Assembly: GCA_963823665.1 (NCBI GenBank)
Contig: CAWGMQ010000007.1
Span: 160,001-224,000 of the forward strand
Length of the DNA: 64,000 nt
Origin: an uncultured Planctomycetota bacterium
Lineage (GTDB): Bacteria; Planctomycetota; Planctomycetia; Isosphaerales; Isosphaeraceae
Direction of reading: 5' to 3'
The notes under the pieces are model-generated. The model saw only the letters and a program-made list of their open reading frames with translations. It had not been told where the DNA came from and ran no database searches. The position numbers were made by a program, and so were the translations under genes. The first letter of the stretch is position 1. Each line of letters begins with the position of its first letter. Shown here one piece after another: positions 1 to 12,573 of this stretch.

Positions 1-3000
1 GAGGTTGTCCGTGGCAACGCTCATGAAACCGTAGGTATGGCCGAGCCCGCCGGTGAAGGTTGTCGAGGTCTGAGTCGTGCCCAAAAGCAGCGGCTGGAAG
101 GGACCGCCGTCGTCGGAGACAAAGACATTGTAAGCGGCGATTCCCGGGCCCGCGGGATCAGAGCCTGACCAAGACACGGTGAAGCTCGTGCTGGTGGTGG
201 TTGGAGGCAGCGGATTCACCGAGCTGGTTGGGGGCGTGATGTCAATCGTATTGTCGAGGGTTGGCGTATTGATGGGAGCATTGGTGTCGAAGACGACCGC
301 GGCCTGGGCGCTCACGACGGCGCCGGAGGCGAGGTCTGCTTTCGGCTTGATGGTGTAAGAGACGGAGCCTTCGCCCTGCGGCGGCGTCTTGTCCGGCGGC
401 AGGAAGCCGGCCAGGGGGTTGGAGGTCAGGTCGAGCGTCGTCGGGTCGATCGAGGTGAAGGTCCAGGTGACCTTGCCCGTGCTCAGGTTGATGCCGGCGG
501 TCACGTCGACGAACAGCCCGAGGGTGGCGGTTGCATCGATTGTTGTGGTGTAGGACGTTCTGCCCGCCGGAACTTTCACGACGGTGCTGCCGAAATCGAT
601 TGCACCGAGCTGGAAGGTGCTCCAGTCGAGATTGGGACTGAGCTGCTGTGTGACGGTGACGGTCTGCGCAGGCCCGGTGGCCGTCGGCAAGTTCTCGAAG
701 TCGATGGTGTAGGGGAGCGTCGCGTCGGAGGAGATAAAGCCGGCGGAGCCGATGCCGGAAGGGCCGGTGATGTCGTTGGGGTCCGCTGAAACGACGATCT
801 TCGTCTTTCCGCCGGCGACGGGCGAAGTTGGGGAGCTTGGTTCTTGTGGGGGAAGCTCGCATTGCGTTCCGGCGCCGCCGGTGCCGGAGGCGCCGGGGGG
901 TCGCCGATGCGGGCGTTGTTATTCTGCTGCTGCAAGTTGTTATACTGCTGCTCCAAATTCTGCAAATTGCTGAACGCATCGTTGAACGCGTTGCCGACCT
1001 GATTGCCGATCCAATTGGCTGTGCTGTTCCAAGCAGTGCCGAGCCCATTGCCGATCCAATTGGCTGCGCTGTTCCAACCAGCCGCGAGGCCGGCAGCGCC
1101 AGCCGCGAGGTTGCTAGCGGCTTGTTGCAACTGATGGCCGGCCGCGTTAGCCAAATTCTTAACCACGCAGGGGAGACAGATCGCCGGGGCCGGCGGCGGC
1201 TTCTTTTTTCCAGAACTGTGTCCGCCGCTGGGTTTTGGTTTCTGCTGCTGCAAGCCGGCGGGGTCGATGAAGTCGGTCGGTTGGTTGCCGACGTAGGTCC
1301 TCAGGTTGTTATCGCCGCCGGCTAACCCGGCCGGATCATTCGAGACGAATTGCCCGGTGGAGGGGTCATATGACCTATAGCCCATTTGAAGAAGGCCGCT
1401 TCCATCGTCGGTCACGCCAAACTTTCCGACGTAGGTGAAGGGGTTTTCCAGCGACGCCGTGACCGTCGTGGTCTGGCCGAAGGGATCATACGTGTATTGA
1501 TTTACGTATGTTCCCGATTTTCCGGTAATCCCGACAGTCGACCCGTCGATGTCGAAATCGTAGAACGCCGCGGAGCTGCTGGAATCGACCTGGCTGACCA
1601 GGGCGTCATCTCCGTAAGTATAAAAGGCGATCAAGCCGCCGCTGCCATTGATCTGGCCGATCAGGTTTCCGTCGCCGTCGTACAGGTTATTCGTCACCGT
1701 GGTCGTCTGGGTGGCGGTCGATGTAAAGCTGGTGGAGATCGGGTCGCCGAGCGGGTCGTAGACGTAGGAGTAGGTGCCCGATGGTGAGCTTACACCGGTG
1801 AGCTGGTTCTGAGAATTATACGTGTACGAGGTGGTGACGCCGGCGGTGGTGGAAGAGGTCATGTTGCCGCCTAAGTCGTATCCAAAGGTCGTGGCACCGA
1901 TTGAGGTATATTCGTTCACGGAGTTGGCCGTGTAGGTCGTCACCACACCGTTCTGGGTGACCGAGGTGCGGTTGCCGGAGGGGTCGTAGGCGTAGGCGAT
2001 CGACTCACCAGGCGCCGTGACCGACGTGAGCTGGCCGCCCGAGTCGTAGCCAAAGTTGGTCGTCGTGCCGCCGGTCGTCATGCTGGTGACCTCGTCGACG
2101 GAATTGTAGGTATAGGCGAAGCTCGAGTTCACCGTGGTGCCGCCGGGCGCAAAGTTGGTGAGGTCGACCAGCTCGCCGTCCGCGTTGTATTGATAGGTCG
2201 TCGACGTGCCGTTGCCCTTGGCCTCACCTACAAGATAGCCGGCCGGGTCATAGGTGTACGTGTCAATGTTGTTGCCGCTGCCGTCGGTGATTTGCTTGAG
2301 CCGGCCGAGTGAGTCGTAGCTGTAATTGACGGTAAAGGACGAGGAGCCGGTGGTTTCGACCATCTGGGTGGGCTGGCCTACGACATTATAAGTGTATGTG
2401 ACCTCGCCGTTGGGCTCGTTGATCTGCGTCGGAAGGTTGAGCGAGTCATAGACGAACGAATAGTCGCCGCCGGGCCCCGTTGCCGTGAGCATGTTGCCGC
2501 GATTGTCGTAGGAGTAGGAGTCTGACGTGCCATCGGGGAAGAGCACGTCGGTCACAAGGCCGCTGGAGTTGTAGGTATAGAACGTCGACTGGAGCAATGC
2601 GTTGGTCGACTGCACCACCTCGCCCAGGCTGTTATAGCTATATTGCTGGACGCTGCCGTCGGGGTTGGTGATCTGGGTGACGTTGCCACTCGCATCGATG
2701 GTGTAGGTGGTCGTATAGCCGCGCGGGTCGGTCGAGGAGAGCATCTGGCTGAACGTGGGGTCGTAGGTAAAGCTCGTCACGTTGCCGAGCGGGTCGGTTT
2801 CGCTTGTGAGGTTGCCGAGGCTGTCGTAGGTGAAGGTGGTGGTCGTACCGTCGGGCGCGACCACGCTGGTCAAATTCTGGTCCGCATCGTAGGTGTAACG
2901 GGTGATATTACCGAGCGGATCGATGGTCTCGGCGATCGAGCCCATGTCATCTTGGAGGATGGTGGTGGCGGCGCCGTCAGCGTTGGTCTCGGTGTAGCCG

Positions 3001-6000
3001 CCGACGGCGCCGTAGGTGTAAGTCAGTGCCATCTCGCCGACGGCGCGGCTCTGGCCGCTGAGCCGGCCCTGGGCATCGAACGTGTAGTAGATGTGCGTGT
3101 CGTCGGGGTAAGCAATTGATGCCAGCGCGTTCGCGTCGGCCGTGGTCGGGCCGGAAAGGTACATATAGTCGGTCGTGCCGTACATGTCGGTGTAGGAGAT
3201 CAAGTGTGTTCCAGAAGCATTGTAAGAGTACGTCGTGGTCTGGCCGGCGGGGTCGGTGACCTGGCTGATCAACCCCTGGCTGTTATAACTGATCGTGAGG
3301 GCCGAGCCGTTCGATGCGGTCAGAACGGTGAGCTGGCCAGAGGAGTTGTAGGTCGCGGTGACGCTGTTGCCGTTGCGATCCTGGATAAAGTCCAGGGAGC
3401 CGTTCGGGTTGAAGACGAACAGGGTGCCGTCGGTCTCGCGCAACTGGTAAGCGCCGGCTACGAGCGTGAGCGTGTCGTGGTCGCCGGGCATTGGCATGTA
3501 AGAGCCGTCGGGCTGGAGGATGAAATAAGCGGTCGACCCGTCGTCGGTGATGGTGACGTCTCCCTGGGCATCGGCGGCCGCGGAGACCTGCCAGTTGTCG
3601 GTCCATCCGTCACCAAGCGGGCCGGACTGGTCGCGGCCGGAGATGGACGCGTTGAACTGGCGGACAAACTCGAGCGGGATGGCGCCGGGGGTGGGGTAGG
3701 ACGCGTCGGTCACGGTGGCGAGCGTGGCGGTCGTAAAGAAGGCGTCGGCCTTGAGGATCTCGAAGCCGAGCAAGCGTGAGACGTCGTTGGTAGACTCACC
3801 CAGTTGGCTCAAGTATGTGGCGTCGGCGTCGAGGGCGGCGACGTACTGACCGGTTGTTGAGCCGACGGAGGCCACGAAGTTGGCAAAGACCGCGCCCCAG
3901 GCGGAATTCGGGATGTTCGACGGCTGGAGGGCGGATTCCTGCGAAGACCAGTCCACTGGCGTGGAGTTTTCCGGCACCTCGGCCAGGTCGAAGGTGATCA
4001 GCCCCCCGCTGTTCTCCCCGGACATCAGGGACGTGGGGGTGAAGTCGATCACGGCGGTGCCGCTGGCGCCAGGGGGGAGTACGCCGGCGGGCCCGGTCGG
4101 GTTGATGCCGAGGAAATCGAGCGTCGCGCCGGCCGGGATTACGGAGCTTGGCAACTGGAGCGAGGCGTTGGTGGCGGTCAAGACGAAGAGCGGGGCCGGG
4201 ATATTGCTGCCGCCGATGTTCGAGTAGTCGACGATGACGGTGCCGGTGCGGCCGGGCCTGATGGCGCTGGGCTCGCTCATCGTGACGGAGAGCTGGCCGG
4301 GTGTGCCGGTGGTGACGGTGAAAACCCCGGTGTCGGTGGCCGTCTGCGAGCCGTCAATCGCCTCGAGGTCATATGTTCCCGTCTCCGCTCCGGTCAGGTT
4401 GAAGCTGGCGAAGAGGGTACTGGTATCCTCCTGGGTCACGGAGGAAGCGGCGATCGCCGTCCCTCCTCCTCCTTGCGGGATGAGCTTCAAGATGGTGCCG
4501 GCCGTGAACATCGAGCCGCTCACGGTCAGCGTGGTCGTGCCGACGTTCGCGCCCGAGGCGGTACTGACGCCCAGGACTTCCAGCGGCAACGACTGGGCCT
4601 CGAGTGTGAACGGCCCGGCGGTCGTCAATGCGGAACTGCCCTGCACGAGGATGTAGTACACCCCGGCCTGTGTGCCGGGAAGGAGCACGGACTGGGCCAG
4701 GCTCGTCGTCTGGGCTGAGGATTCGTCGAAGGTGGATGAGGTGGGAACCGACAGGTAGCCGACATAGAGCGAAACGCCTCCCGCGACCGTAGAGCCGGCC
4801 ATGATCCGCGTGGCTGAGCCGGCCGGGAGGGTGACCTCGTAATAGGCGTTCTGGCCGCTCGAGATCGTCCCGGTGACCTGGTGGCCGAGCGAGAGCGTGG
4901 GGAAGCCGGCCGTGAGCAAAGTGGAAGCGACGCCGGTGCTATTGGCGCGGTTCGAGTCTGGCAAGAGCTCCTGGCTGTCCGCGACGGCGAAGACGTGGTA
5001 GCTGCCGGGAGCCAGGCCTGGCAGCGGGTCGGTGACGGTATCCGTATAGCTGGAATTGCCGGCCAAGGTCCCCTGATGGGTAACCCGGCCCAGCAGGACG
5101 GCCGTGTCGTCGAATGTCGGTACGCGGGAAAGGTAGACCGAGTCAGTCCAGCTTGGCAGGTTCTGAGGCGTCGCCGTCGCGGAGAGGTTGTTTACCTGGA
5201 ACGAGATCGAGACCAGTTGACCGGGCGACTCGGTGACGGTCGGCACGGAGATCGACCCGACGGCCAGGTCCGAGGCACTCGCCGACGAGGCTACCGTCAC
5301 GCTGGTTGGGTTGGCCGAGACGTTCAAGTACTGGCCGGCGCCCGATGAGAGTCGATCGATGGCGGCGAAGGCCCCAGTTGCGCTGGGGTACGTGAGGATC
5401 GAATAGGTATCTCCGGCGGTCGGGGCGAATCCGGCGGAGAGGCTGAGGTCGAGCGTGCCGTCGAGGGTCGCGGGACCGGTGCTTTGGAGCTGGCCGAACT
5501 GGCCGCTCGAGGATGGACCGCCGAGCGTGACGCCCAGGGTTGCGGCAGCGCTTTGGGAATAGGCGCCGGTCACCGAGAGCACGCTGAAGGGGCCGACGGT
5601 GATCGTGCCGTCGTTCGCGAGTGGTCCGGCGGTGGTGAAAGTAGCGCCGCCTGTGAGCGTCAAGCTGCCGGAATTGGTTGCCAGGCCCGCGAGCGCGCTG
5701 AAAGATGCGCCGGGACCCTCGAGCGTGATCGACGCCTGGTTGGTCGTGATATTCGAGCCGGAGGGGAAGACGAGCGCGGCACCGCCCGAGATGTTCCACG
5801 TGCCGCCGGTGAGTGTTGTGCCGGACAACTGGGCGATCGGGTTGCTCTGGTCATAGGCGAAGTCGAGTGTGCCGGAATCGACCTCGACCGTGCCTGAGTT
5901 AAAGAGCGGCGGTCCGAATAGGGTCGTGCCGCTGCCGGCCGTCTTGGCGAGAGTGCCGTAGTTGTTCATCTGCCCGGCGTTCTCGTCATTGCCGGTGACA

Positions 6001-8063
6001 TCACCGATGTCGAAGGTGCCGTAGTTATTGAACTCGCCCGCATAGTTTGTATACAGGAAATTGAAAGCTCCCGAGCTCCAGGTCACCATACCGGCGTTAT
6101 CCATGAGGATGCCGAGGTCAACAAAGCTGGTGGGGTCAATCGAGAGTGTCGCTGCCTGAGCGATCATGAGCGTCCAGGTGCCGTAGAAGAATCCACCCGA
6201 CCAGTTCAAGGCACCGGTGACGGTGAGGCTGCCGGTGCCGGAGATATCGCCGGCGGAGACGCTGAGGCTCGCGACCGAGACGCCGGTGTCGATTTCGAGG
6301 TACATGAATTCCGCATCGACCTGGTACTGGCCAGCTCCGGAGAGCGCGGCGCCTGGGGCGAGGATATACGGCGTGTTGGCAGTGATATCGCCGCTGAACT
6401 GGAGCCCGGCGCCAGAGGCTACGTCGAAAGAGCCGCTGCTCGTGCCGCTCGAGAGAATCACCAGCGCGCCTGAGACGACGGTCACCGAGCCGGTGTTGTT
6501 GAAAAGCGCCGCGCTCATCGTCGTGGTTCCGGTCCCGGCGCTTATGGCCATGGTGCCGGCGTTGTTCAAGGTGCCCGGGCCGGCGTTCAAGATCGTGGTG
6601 TTTGGTTCCAGCGTGAGCAAGCCGTTTGACATGTTGTTGAACGTGCCGGAGCCGTTCAAGACAGTGCCCGAGGCGACGGTGGCGGTGCCGGAGTTATCGA
6701 TCGTCCAGCCGGTCAGGACAACGGTGGTGGCGCTGTCGATCGAAAGTGTTGCGGCGGATGGGATCGAGAGCGTGCCCGATCCGCTGAAGTACCCGCCTGT
6801 CCAGTCGAAGGCGTTCGTGACGGTCACACCGCCCGAGCCCTGGATCGTGCCGGCGGAGAGGGTCAAGCTCGCGACCGAGACGTTGGTGTCGATTTCGAGG
6901 TACATGAATTCCGCATCGACCTGGTACTGGCCTGCTCCGGAGAGCACGGCGCCTGAGGCAAGCACATACGGCGAGTTGGCAGTGATATCGCCGCTGAACT
7001 GGAGAAAAGCGCCTGCGGCCACGTCGAAAGAGCCGCTGCTGGTGCCACTCGAGAGAAGCGCCAGCGCGCCTGAGACAACGGTCACCGAGCCGGTGTTGTT
7101 GAAGATCGCCGCCCGAATCGTTGTGGTTCCGGTCCCGGCGCTAGCCATCATGGTGCCGGCGTTGTTCAAGGTGCCCGGGCCGCCGTTCAAGAACGTGGTG
7201 TTTGCTTCCAGCGTGAGCTGGCCGTTTGACAAGTTGTTGAACGTGCCGGAGCCGTTCAAGGTCGTGCCCGAGGCGACGCTGGCGCTGCCGGAGTTGTCGA
7301 TCGTCCAGCCGGTCAAGACAAGGGTGGTGGCGCTGTCGATCGAAAGTGTTGCGGTGGATGGGATCGTGAGCGTGCCCGAACCGCTGAAATAGCCGCCTGT
7401 CCAGTCGAAGGCGTTCGTGACGGTCACACCGCCGGTGCCTTCGATTGTGCCGCTGGAGAGGCTCAAGTTTGCGACCGACACGTCGGTCTCGACGTCGAGG
7501 TACATGAATTCCGCATTGACCTGGTACTGGCCTGCTCCGGACAGCACGGCACCTGGGGCGAGCACATAGGGCGTGTTCGCAGTGAGATCGCCGCTGAACT
7601 GGAGCCCGGCGCCAGAGGCCACGTCGAAAGTGCCGCTGCTGATGCCACCCGAGGTCAGCTCGGCGGTTCCGGCCTGAACTTGAAACGTCGTTCCCGAGGC
7701 CAGGTCGAGCGTGCCGACCTGGGTGCTCGAGGCGTTCGAGTTGGCGACCGAGAAAGTTCCACTGGTGACGTCGAGGGTCGAGCCGGAAGCGAGGGTCAGG
7801 CTGTTGACGGAGATCGACCCGGAGGCGGTGACCGTGATTCCGGCGACGCTGACCACCGCGTCGTCATCGGGACCGGGTACGCCGGCCGTGCCGTTCTGAT
7901 TGAGCCAGTTGGCGGCCGTGCTCCAATCGCCGCCGGAGTCGCTCACCCAGTGGAATGTTGCCATCAGACAACGTCGCTCGAGGGACTCGAGCGAAGGGCT
8001 GCGGCGATGACGGCGGGATTTTCGGACCGGGGGTGACGAAAAATGGGGGATTTTGCGGGACAC
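1..8063 (-). CDS. Giant extracellular RHS/YD-repeat protein (planctomycete export leader, beta-strand repeats, CARDB-like domain, YD repeats, RHS core, then DPND/YTIxFEN and Fn3-like modules); 3' end lies beyond the window; one frameshift at ~895-900
   Basis: ORF 576..8138. Likely start is GTG at 8063, with GGAGG 6 nt upstream. Motifs: leader RRSPSLESLERRCLMA; YD repeats; core NPFTYVG...RSYDPSTGQFVSNDPAG...PTDFIDPAGL. Adding one C to the C6 run (895-900) continues the frame open to base 1: ...VVSADPNDITGP...LPYTIDFEN...DITPPTSSVNPLP...YGFMSVATDNL. Confidence 0.9.
6200..7640 (-). repeat. Internal coding tandem repeat, 600-bp (200-aa) period, about 2.4 copies
   Basis: tacatgaattccgcat(c/t)gacctggtactgg recurs at 6301, 6901 and 7501; protein repeat GAGQYQVxAEFMYL...FDWTGGYFSGSGTL. 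Confidence 0.9.
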
Positions 8064-8307
8064 GGTTGGCCTCCGGGAGCCAGAGACGGACGAAACGCAC
8101 ACCGCGCGAACATGGCATCGTGTTTGCTTTGGCGCCATGATGCGTTAGGCTGGTTTATAGCTGTACCGCCGCTCGCGGCCGAATCTCAGTCGAAAGTCAA
8201 GAAAAATCGACGGCCGTTCTGGCTGTTGAGTGATTCCGGCGGGCGACGATCGATTCGTGCATCCGTCGGGGTCTTGCGGAATATCCCGGTTATCCCCGTT
8301 TTTGCTC

Positions 8308-8919
8308 ATGACCATGGCGGGACGCGACAACTCGAAGACGAGCATCACACTCCTTGCTCGGCTGGCAAGCTTGCCGCCGGACCAGGCGGCCTGGTGCGAC
8401 TTCGTTGACCGTTACGGGCCGAGAATACTGCAGTGGTGCCGAGCCTGGGGCTTGCAGGAGGCGGACATGCTGGATGCGAGCCAGGCGGTTCTGACGAAGC
8501 TCGCGGCGCAGATGGGTCGATTCCGGTACGATCCGGGTGGGAGCTTCCGGAACTGGCTGCGCACGCTGGTCGAGAGGGCGGTGCTCGATCTGCTGTCTGC
8601 GCGCGGCCGGGCCGTCGGCGGCGGGAGCGAGCGCAGCGCGGGACTGCTGTCGAGCCTGGAGGCGCGGGAGGACCTGGTTGCCCGGCTGGAGCAGGAGTTC
8701 GACCTGGAGCTGCTCGAGGCGGCGACCAAGGTCGTGGTGGGCCGGGTTGCGCCGAAGACGTGGGAGGCCTACGACCTGACCGCGCGCATGGGCTGCCCGG
8801 CGCCCGAGGTGGCCGTTCGATTAGGGATGCGCCTCGGGACGGTTTATCAGGCCAAGAGCAGCGTGGTGCGCATGCTTCAGGAAGAGGTGCGCAAGCTCGA
8901 AGCCGGCGATCGGGATTGA
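8308..8919 (+). CDS. ECF-type sigma-70 factor (planctomycete kinase-associated type)
   Basis: TSITLLARL...DQAAWCDFVDRYGPRI...GLQEAD...GSFRNWL; sigma4 VAVRLGMRLGTVYQAKSSV; start ATG 8308 or 8314; directly upstream of a Ser/Thr kinase. Confidence 0.88.
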   Translation: MTMAGRDNSKTSITLLARLASLPPDQAAWCDFVDRYGPRILQWCRAWGLQEADMLDASQAVLTKLAAQMGRFRYDPGGSFRNWLRTLVERAVLDLLSARGRAVGGGSERSAGLLSSLEAREDLVARLEQEFDLELLEAATKVVVGRVAPKTWEAYDLTARMGCPAPEVAVRLGMRLGTVYQAKSSVVRMLQEEVRKLEAGDRD

Positions 8920-8952
8920 ACGAAGTGCTCTGTGAGGAATCGAGGCCGGGCA

Positions 8953-11952
8953 ATGAGCGGGTGCGCGACGCGTGAGCAGCTCGAACGATTTCTCTGTGAC
9001 CGACTGGATGCGGGCGATCTCGAGACGATCACCGAGCATCTGGAGGGATGCGCGGCCTGCGCTCTGTTGCTTGATGACCTCACACGTGCGACGCCGGACG
9101 AGCGTCGCTGGCCAAGAGCCCCGGAAATCGCCGAGGGAGACGCGCGCTTGCTCGAAGAGCTTAAAGCCGGCGGGCCGCGGCGCAGCGACCTGGATATTCC
9201 GGAACAACGCGGGACTGACGGCAGTGAAGAAGGACATTCGAGTCTGGACACGGAGATCAACTCTGCCGCGATTCGCGCTCGAACTGACCGCGGTGGGCGT
9301 GCTTTTCCTTCTATCGACGGCTTTCGGATCATCCGCGAGGTGGGACGCGGCGGGATGGGCGTGGTCTACGAAGCCGAGGAAGAACGGCTCAGCCGGCGTG
9401 TGGCGCTCAAGGTCTTGTCGGCGGGCGCGCACATGGAGCCCAAGCATGTCCTGCGCTTCGAGCGCGAAGCCCGCGCCGCCGCTCGATTGCACCACACAAA
9501 TATCGTGCCCGTCTACGGCGTCAGCGAGCAAAACGGGCACCACTACTACCTCATGCAATATATTGAAGGGAAGAGCCTGGCGGCCGTGCTGGATGAGCTG
9601 GTACGAGAGCGGTCAAACGCGCAGAATCTCTCTCGCCGGGGGCCGACTCTGTTTCGCTCGCTCGATCCGGGCGCGATGCCTACCGGCGACTGGCCCAGAT
9701 CGGATTGCAGGTGGCCGAGGCTCTCGACCACGCGCATCGCCAGGGCGTCTTGCATCGCGACATCAAGCCGTCCAACCTGCTCGAGGATCAGACCGGAGTG
9801 GTGTGGGTCGCCGACTTTGGCCTCGCGAAAACACAGGAGGCCGACGCCCTGACGAGTGCGGGTGAGCTGCTGGGAACAATTCGCTACATGGCCCCCGAGC
9901 GCTTCGCCGGCTACTGCGACGAGCGGTCGGATCTGTATGGCCTGGGCATCACGCTTTACGAGCTGGCCGCCCGCCGGAGGGCCTTCGACGCCGTTGATCG
10001 GTACGCGCTCATCGATGAATCACGACAAAAAGACCTGGTGGCGCTCGGCAAACGCGCGCCCGGGATTCATCGTGACCTTGAGACGATCATTCACAAAGCC
10101 ACCGACCGCGAACCGAACAGGCGCTACCAATCGGCGTCGGCACTTGCCGAAGATCTCCGCCGATTTCTCGACGACCGGCCGATCCAGGCCCGCCAACCAT
10201 CTGGCGCGGAGCGAATCGTGCGCTGGTGCAAGCGCAATCGCTGGGCCTCGGCGTTCTTGCTCGCACTCGGACTGGGGGCCATCGCCAGCGCCTGGCAGGC
10301 GATTCGCGCGACCTCTGCCGAGCACGCAGCCCGGCGTGCCGAGGGCACCGCGCGCAGCGAACGTGATCGTGCCGAGCGCGCCCGCGATCGCGCGTTAGGG
10401 GCGGTGCGCGAGCTTCTGATCTACGATGACGGTCGGGAGCCGGTTCTCTTGACCGACGAAATGCGCGCCACCCGCAAGCCGATCGTCGACGCCGGGCTGC
10501 GCGAGTCGCGGGAGCTCGTTCGCGAGCTTGAGGGTGACCCCAAGGCGGCTCTACAGCTTGGGGCAGCTTATCACACACTGGCACGCATCGAGATGGAGAC
10601 CCTTAACCAGCAGAAGGCCATCGAATCAGCCCGGGCCGGCGTGGCGACGGCTCTGGAGCTCAACAACCGTGAAGATTCCTGCGAAACAGCAAATTCATTG
10701 GGCAACGCGCTGCAACTCTTGAGCGTCGCGCTCCCCGACGGTCAGGAAAGCCGGCTCGCGGCGTCGCGATCGAACGCCCTTTTTGAAATGATGCTCGCCA
10801 GGTGGCCAGAAAAGAACGCGGAGCTCGGCGAAGCGCATGATCGTGAGCAATCACATCAACATGGGGCAGCGCGACAGCGACTATCTGAGATTTCGCGAGG
10901 CGATTGACCATTTCCGGATTGCGCATGACCTGTGGCAACAGTCGATCGACCAGTTCGGCTCGAGTCCTGGACGACAATCACTTTTGGCGACCATCGAGCT
11001 GTACGCGTGCAGAGCCTACCGGCGGAGTCAGCGCTACGATCTCGCGTTTCAATCGGGAATGCGGGCAGAGTCGATCTTTCGCTCGTTGTGGGCCCAGGAG
11101 CCTGATCAGCTCTTGTATGGAGCACAGCTCCAGCTAGCGTCCCAGGAGCTCGGTTTGGCATATCTCGATATGCGGAAGCCCGCCGAGGCGATCGCTGAGT
11201 TCGCGAAGGCCCGGCAGACGCTCAAGGCACTCTCCAGTAACCCAGGCTGTCAAGTTTCGCAGGCCGTCCACTTCAAAGGGCTTCTGGCCGAGGTCGACTA
11301 CAATGTCAAGGTCGCGACGGATTCCGATACCGTTGGCTTTGCTAGAACCCGGCGCGAGGTCATCGAAGAGGCCTACGAGATTTACGACAAACTTTCGTTT
11401 GTGTGGCCAGTCCCGCTTCGTGTCCAGCGAATCTACGCAGATGTTTGCTTTAACAAGGCCGTGTATCAAGAACAAGATGGCCTCCAGCCCGATCTCGGCT
11501 TGCTGCGAAAATCGGCGAAGATGTGGGACGAGTTCAACAGCGCGTCACCGGGCGCTATGGACGCACGGGGATTTCTCGTCATCGTGCGGCGGAAGCTCGC
11601 CGAAGTTCTCGAATCGCGGGGCGAGCCTGAAGAGGCGGCGCATTGGCGAGCGCTCTCGCTCACGACCGCTCGCGGAGATGCAGATTTGTTGTTCGAAATC
11701 GGACTGGAATACGCCCGGATGCTCGCTCAGGTCGACCGACTACCGCTGCGCCTCGATGCGAGCCAGCGCACCCGGCTCCGCAAGAGCCTGGCCGATGACA
11801 CGATTGCGCTGCTTCGCGAGGCCGTCGCCGTGGGTTTCAAAGATGCCGGACGGCTGCGCAGCGAACCGCTCCTGACGCCCTTCCGTACGAACGCGGCATA
11901 CCAGGCACTCCTCGCTGCGCCTGAACTCCCGCGCGACGTTTTTGCGCCATGA
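8953..11952 (+). CDS. Membrane Ser/Thr protein kinase with N-terminal HxxxCxxC zinc finger and C-terminal TPR-like region; split by two frameshifts (~9670, ~10827)
   Basis: EHLEGCAAC; GRGGMGVVYEA, VALK, HHTNIVPVY (ORF 8932); HRDIKPSN, DFG, GTIRYMAPE and hydrophobic segment WASAFLLALGLGAIASAWQAI (ORF 9705); helical C-terminus (ORF 10837). Confidence 0.88.
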
Positions 11953-11990
11953 TGAGCGGATCGATTTCGTGTTCCAGCGGAGGCGCGAAG

Positions 11991-12403
11991 ATGGCGAGTC
12001 GTCGAGTCCGATTGTTCCTCTCAGCGGTTGGCACGGGTCTTGTCCTCTTGACCATCGCCGCGACCAGTAGCTGGTTCAAAGGCGTCGCCGTGGCGAACGC
12101 GACGATCGCCGACGACAACCCCGGCAGCTCGCCGAAGCAGAGCTCGAACGCCACTCCCAACAAATCAACGTCCAGCGGCCGAGCGTCGCAAGCTCGATCG
12201 CAGGGAGCCGCTTCGACCCGAAATCAGGCGCTGGAGCCAAAGGCTGAGAAATTGCCCTCCCGCCTGAAACCTGGCAAGAGCACTGGTTCGAGCACAAGGA
12301 CCTCAAACCGCTCGCCAGGAAGGCATTCGGCTGGCCGGCGGAGTGGGACGACCTGTACAAGAAGGCGCGCGAGGACTTTCCGGAGATCAAATACAAATCC
12401 TGA
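11991..12403 (+). pseudogene. Secreted-protein relic with an apparent large internal deletion
   Basis: GGAGG then ATG 11991 and a signal/TM segment; after a frameshift at ~12250 it reads PPETWQEHWFEH-KDLKPLARKAFGWPAEWDDLYKKAREDFPEIKYKS-stop. Confidence 0.5.
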
Positions 12404-12573
12404 TCCCGACCACGCTCCTCGCGGCCAAGATCGAGGCCGACCCCATGAGCGCGAGGCGCTTCTGGATCGGGGACCCGAACCGCCGCTGGTCGACGTCCCT
12501 GAAACTCGGCCGGGTGCAACGTCTGGTTCGGCCCCCAGGATCGCTGTAAAACTAACCGAATTTTTCCTTGCCG

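Noticed and set aside
8064..8307. Specific ECF promoter motif upstream of the exoprotein genes
   Set aside because: No convincing shared -35/-10 pair could be identified by eye across the candidate upstream regions.
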